From Octopus sinensis (Eukaryota): a stretch of DNA of 64,000 nt. The position numbers and the translations under genes were made by a program. The stretch is from NCBI RefSeq assembly GCF_006345805.1, contig NC_042999.1, forward strand, positions 67,828,001 through 67,892,000, read 5' to 3'. Below are positions 58,015-64,000 of this stretch, in pieces (positions within the stretch are counted from its first letter, which is position 1; every line of letters begins with the position of its first letter). Below the pieces are notes generated by a model that was not told the DNA's origin, searched no databases, and saw nothing but the letters and a program-made list of their open reading frames with translations.

Positions 58015-60480
58015 TACTATAGGCACAAGGCCTGAAGTTTGGGGTGAGGGAAGATTATTGAGGACATCGGCCAGAGTACTTGACCGGTACTTTATTTCAT
58101 CGATCCCAAAAGGATGAAAGACAAAATCGATCTCAGCAGAATTTCAGCTGAGAACGTAATGAGCTGGAAGAAATAAGCTCTATGTCCGACACGCTAACGA
58201 TTCTGCCAGCTCGCCGCCTTTTTGAGATTAATAATAACGATTTCTGATTTAGGTACAACGCCAGCAATTTGAGGGAAGGGTGTTAGTCGATATTATCGAC
58301 TCGAGTTGTTGACTAGTACTTTATTTTATCGACCCAGAAAGGATGAAAGGCAAAATTGACCTCAGCGTCATTTGAACTCAGAACGTAAAGAGCTGTGACT
58401 AAATACTGTTAGTCATTTTTATCCGACGCTTTAACCATTTCTGCCAATCTATAAAAACTTCAACATCTCTCTCGGGGATTCTAAATCAGTAAACTGTCAA
58501 GCTAGCGAACCAACGAAATGAACTTCTACATCCTAGCTCGACCTGTGAGAAATATTAGTCTTATCTTCTTACGGCACCCTACCGTTTTTTTTTCTTTCTT
58601 CATTTTAATTGAAATAACACACTAAATATATAGACAGATACACAATATTTGAACACAGACAGACAGACAAACACACGATATGGTCACGCTCTGAATTCCT
58701 TTGATCGTAGGGCAAGCTTGAATAATACTGTGTTTTGTTTGTTTTGGGGAAATAATAAATGGCCTTTCGAAGTAAAATAAGGGAGCCAACATGATTACTA
58801 TCAAAAATCGAAACTCTGTTTGCAAACAGGACCTGCGAATACTTTACAGTCTCGCAACTAGAGCGTAACTCCTCGCCCTCATATAAATAATACTTAATGG
58901 TTTCTGACTCGCAATTAAGACAGTCGAAGACGAAACGATGCCGAGAAGTGCATCGATCATCAGTATATTATTCTGATGTTTACTTTATCGACTTCAGTGG
59001 GATGAAAGGCAAAGCAGAAACCCGTAGGATTAGAACACGAATCAGTGAGATATCGAACAAGATATAGTAAAATTTTATCACTAAACGTTCGAGCCATCAA
59101 CCACCTCCTTACAGTATTAATAGTTTCTGTCTTCTCCTTTGAGCCTAGTCAGTTAAATTACTCTCTTAATGGTATAAATATTATCAGCTCTAGAGGGAAG
59201 TTGTGTTGATGAAAGGCAAAGTTGATCCCAATGGAATTTGTAATTCCTTTTAACAAGGCATTCAGTGAAGGAAAAAGAGCAGGGTTTAGTTGTTTCGTTA
59301 TATACTTCATGCATCCTACCAATACGATCGAAGAGAGAGCCTACATATGTACTGGGTTGCCAAAATAACAGCAACATTTCCTTGAATCATATCCTAAGAG
59401 TAAAAACACATAAACATTGGACAATGATGTCCTAGATATAGAAAAATACTGGAATGGTCACGAATGAAACGCCTTTCATTCTAGGTTTACTCAATCACAG
59501 CTGACGACCCAGGGCTAAATAACATTTGTTTTATCACCCCTCCCTGCACGGTGTGAAAAAATTATCGCCTTGATCTGTATACAGGAGACTAAATAAAATA
59601 CGTTTTAACCACGATAATAAACAACAATGGTTCCAAATGTTGGTATAGGGCCAGCAGTATTTGAGGTGGGAGGGGAGTGGAAGTCAATTACATCGACAAC
59701 CACCCCCCCTATAGGATCTGACTGGTACTTAATTTATCGACTCCGAAAGGATGAAAGGGGCAAAGTCGACCTCGGCGGAATTTGAGCCCAGAACGTAAAG
59801 ACGGTCGAAATGCCGCAAAGCATTTTGTCCCGCGCTTTAATAGTTCTGCCAGTTCGCCGCCTTACGATAATAATTTTTTTTTTTTTTTTTTTTTTACACG
59901 TGTACAAGGTCAGAAATTTTGTGCTTAAGAACTGTCGATTGTATTTACTGTAATTCTTGAACGCCCCCACCTTTTTTTTAATCATCCAGAGACGAATCAA
60001 ATGCAAAGTTGACTTCGATGGGATTTGAGCTCGGAACGTAAAGCGATGGAACAAATAATACTGCAGAAGTATTTTGTCCGACGTTCCACCGACTATAGCA
60101 ATCCATAATTGTTCGCCTTAGTACAGGAGCACACATTTTGTGGAAGGAATAGTTTTCTATTTTGTCAACTTTGGAAGACCGAAAAAGAAAAGGGAAAAAA
60201 AAAAAGTCGACCACGACAGGATTTGAACTCGGAACGTAACAGAGGTGTCATTATAATTTGTTTTATAATTTTCGCACAAGCCCAGTAATTTTGATAGGAG
60301 GGGGTGGTAGAAGTCGATTACATCGACCTCGGTACTTGACAAGTACTTAGTCTATTGACCTCGAAAGTACAAATGATAAAGTTAACCTCAGCGGGAATAG
60401 GACTCGGGAACATAATAATGATTTGGAAAAAATACCGCAAAGCTTTCCTTCCGATGCTCTACTATTTCTGCTTCTCAGAA
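58015..60480 (-). mobile_element. Second same-strand cluster of old Deu/Nin-like SINEs (about 6-8 copies), CpG-retaining
   Basis: Copies near 58015, 58240, 59630, 59890 and 60270 plus partials. atcgac, aacgta and ctcgccgcc are kept. Confidence 0.8.
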
Positions 60481-60888
60481 GGATAGGGAGAAAGATTGAT
60501 AGCTTCTTTCTGTTTTTATTCTTATTATTATTATTGTTAATTAAATTCAGATATGAAGCTATAAGTTTAACTGGCTAGCAGAGACTGAAACAGATGAGTG
60601 AATTAAAACAGTGTTATATCGAACATAACGAGACAGAAAAAAAAAATGTTAGAAACTATTATTTGTGAGACAAATAGTTTAGTGAAATTTACGCTGGCAG
60701 GGAGAAGAATATAATCGGTAAAATTGTGACATCTGTTTTGCCAAACTGGGATAAGGTAAAAGACAGAAGTTTATTTATCCCGGCAAAAATACACAAAATA
60801 CTTTTCTTATTTTCATTTTCAGGAGAAATGCATAAATAAACAGTCGTTATATATACATATAGAGAAACTGCAGTCAATAGATATAAGG

Positions 60889-60934
<46 letters not shown>

Positions 60935-60935
60935 A

Positions 60936-60966
<31 letters not shown>

Positions 60967-62149
60967 TACATGCATGGCAGATGTTAAATATGGGTTAAAT
61001 TCCGGTGAAAAAGAAAATAAAACAAAGATAAAAATCCCCGGAGTTTGTTCCATAGAAAGCTCCACTGCTTTCATTGGAATTGATCCAATTTCCTTTGTCT
61101 TTTATATGGAAGACGAAGGTTTGGTGAGACCATATTAGGTTATCAATAGGCTGTGCCAACAAGAAGGAATATTAAAAAGAAAAAAAGAATTGGGGATTGG
61201 GGCAATCCCTGCTGTCCCCCTCCTACAGAATTCCAAATGCAAACGGGATTTCTTCCATTCTATAGAAGAAGCGGGAGGCACACTAGAACCCGAAAACCAA
61301 GTTATATATATATACACGCAAACAAAAATTAGCTGTATGTATTATTTTTTTTTTTTGTCGGAGAAATATAATTCCATAATTAACATGAAAAAAAGTGTCA
61401 TTTATTGTGAAAACAGGAAGAATTTGTCGTAATATAATTTTAAAAAATCAAAGAAAAACTGATAAAAACTCACCCATTATTATATTAGATTTCTCGTGAA
61501 AACGTTTCTCAAGTAATAACAATAACAATAATGGTAAATATCCAAGAGGAATTATATACGTGTGTGTGTTTATATTAATATATATAATATGCAGATATAT
61601 GTTAACGTAGATATTATAAGGTGAAAAATATGAATGGCTATATATATATATGTATATGTATATATATTTATATAAGTATGTATATATGTGTTAAAAAATT
61701 GACAGCTATGTAGCTTCTGGAAATATCCACTTATAGAGACAAGATTTTGGGGAAAGATTCAAAGAACAGGTGTATAAATTGCGAAAGATTGTCAAAACAA
61801 GACTAGGTTTGAATTACTTGAAAGAGGCAGTGAGACAGGTAAAATGTATCCTGAGAGAAAAAGGAAACAATCTTTCGATATATATATATATGTATGTATA
61901 GATACAGAGGCAGCTCAGGCAAATGGTAAAGTTGGAATAAATATGTAAACAAATACGATTTTTTTTTTCTTTTTTTGGGGTTCCTTTTTATCCTGTTCTT
62001 AAGAAGCGACAACTTATTTTCGGATCTGGCAGCAGTTGTTATTGTGTTTGATATATAAAGTGTTGGAAATGATACCAGCTTGTCTATCTGGCTCTGTTGA
62101 CGCTCCGTGCTTTATTAAAATTATTATTATTACTATAGGGAGTGTTAAA

Positions 62150-63070
62150 GAGACGGTGGGGGAAGATAGAGAGAGAGAGAGTAAAAGTTAGAGAGTGGGT
62201 GTGAGAGAGAGGGAGAAGGAAAGAACGAAAGGGTTAGCGCTTCAGTGTTAATGTTTGTGTATGTATGAATGTGTGTGTGTGTGTGTGGCTGAATCTATTT
62301 GTGTGTGACAGAGGAAGGAAGAATATGTATGTGAGAGGGAAAGAGTGCGCGTAAGCATAAGAGAAAGAGAGCGTGTGAAAGAAAGGGAGAGAGAATAGAT
62401 GATTATAGAAACAGAAAGCGCGCGCGTGTTTGAGTGCGTATAGACGAGATAAAGATTATGTGTGTGTGCGTGTGTTGTGCTGTGTGTGTGTGTGTGTGCG
62501 CGCATGTGTTGTGCTGTGTGTGTGTGAAAAAGGGAAAGGGAGAGAATATGCGTGAATTCAAGAAAGAGAAGTAGAGGAGACAAAGAAAGAGTAAGTGAGA
62601 AAGAGAGAGGGGAGAAAGGGTGAGAGTTTATTTGTGAGAAAGAGATGAGTGAGACGGAGAAAGTGTAAGAGAGTGACTCAAAGGAATGGTGAAAATATGA
62701 GAGAAAGATAGAGAGAGAGAGATAGTGAAACTAAGAAATGGTAAGAATATGAGAGAGAATCTAAAAAATAGGGAAGATGTATGAGAAAGTGAGAGCGCTT
62801 AGAAGAAATGGTGAATGTATTTTGTGTAAAAGATAGACGTGTGTGTGTGTTAGAAAAAAATGTACAGATGTTTGAGAGAGGAACAGGAAGAAATGAAGAG
62901 ACAGAAGATAAGTGAAAGTGCGTGTACATGTATGTATCTATATGTCTTGCCTATATGTGTGTGTGTGGGTTTGTGTGTGCTTATATGTATGTTTGTGAGT
63001 GTGTGTGTGTGTTGACACAAGAAGAGGGAGCGAGGGCGAAGTGTTTTGGTTAAGACAGAACACAAGGAAA
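62150..63070. repeat. GA/GT-rich low-complexity region
   Basis: Direct reading. Confidence 0.85.
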
Positions 63071-64000
63071 GGGATTAAAGATGGAAGTAAGGTGAAACGC
63101 TTTATTTCTTTCTTAGTAATCCAGTGTAGTAGCAGTGTGTTTGTAGATTTAAGGATCAGATGGTAGCAGTAGTTTCGTTGTTTAATCCCAGGTCAGTACT
63201 GATCCAGGCACGACTGCACGGTTGTTGTGGATTAATCACGACATTATCCAATATGATGTGTGGAAGTTTTGGCTGCCATTTCTACGCCACAGCAGGGGTG
63301 TTTGTTACTGGCGGTGGTGGTGGTGGTGATCATGCTGTTATTCAACCCTAGGTTAGGCTTAATCAAGCAGATTTATGATCAAAAATGTTCAAGCAGTGAT
63401 CATTCAATCCAGTTTGTTTTACACCAGGAACAACATTTTACAATGTGTCCTTCTCTCAATACTATAGTAATGTGGGAATTGTCTGAGACTTGGTTGTTAT
63501 ATCTAGCATAGCGAACGGCACTTCAGCAGTCCCTTCAATATGTTTGTAATGATTGTAATTGATGTTATTGTTTAGCCCCAGATCTATCCTAATCAAGCAA
63601 ACTTATAATTAAAAGAATTCTAACCATGACCATCCCATCTTATTTTCTACGCTGAATGAACACTATAACCACGAAGAGAATGCTGTGTGTTCTCTAAGAC
63701 AGTAGAGTGTGTAATTTGAGAGAGATTTGGTTAGTATTTCTAGCAGACCAGGTGCACATGTAGAAGCTCCTGCGATGGCGCTGGTGACTGTGGTGGTGGT
63801 GGTAATATGCTGATGTTGATAGTGATAGTGGTTGTAGCGCTCTTGTCAATAGTGGTGTTGATGGTAATGGTGGTGGAAGTGGTTGCGATGATGCTGGCGA
63901 TGTTGTTGTCGGTGCTCAAGCCGTTAGTGCCAATAGTGATGGCAGTGGTGGCATTGGCGGTGGTGATTGGTGGGTCTTAGAGCAGTAGTTATAGCAACAC

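Noticed and set aside
58925-58965. Minus-strand CUGAUGA plus 6-bp hairpin CGAUGC/GCAUCG
   Set aside because: The GAAA lies on the opposite strand, so neither strand gives a complete core.
63740-63985. About 80-codon stop-free T/I/A-rich frame on the minus strand
   Set aside because: Degenerate (ACC/ATC)n low complexity, with no start codon or splice support.

Overview
AT-rich, repeat-saturated eukaryotic DNA with one 100-N gap. The SINE, MITE and LINE families look like those of octopus (inference from recalled repeat families, not a search). No long protein-coding gene can be supported: almost every ORF in the track is a translated microsatellite. The recognisable coding remnants are decayed mariner/Tc1 transposases and RTE and CR1 LINE C-termini, plus a few low-confidence exon candidates on +. 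The main signal is at least 12 minimal type-I hammerhead-ribozyme (HHR) folds from several unrelated short repeat families, about half of them embedded in (TA)n tracts. They have palindromic stem III (the dimer-type design known from Penelope-like elements, PLEs) and variant cores: a G3:C8 swap, three copies with C at position 4, and a possible U3:A8. Several share one layout, an inverted copy of the element tail placed just 5' of the ribozyme. One is a tRNA-headed element whose head forms the loop of a 410-bp foldback. Other points: a fold-back mariner built from two 3' ends; independent minisatellite expansions at the same spot of an RTE 3' UTR; same-strand SINE pile-ups; and a switch from CpG-decayed to CpG-retaining repeat copies near 55-57 kb, suggesting a germline methylation boundary.
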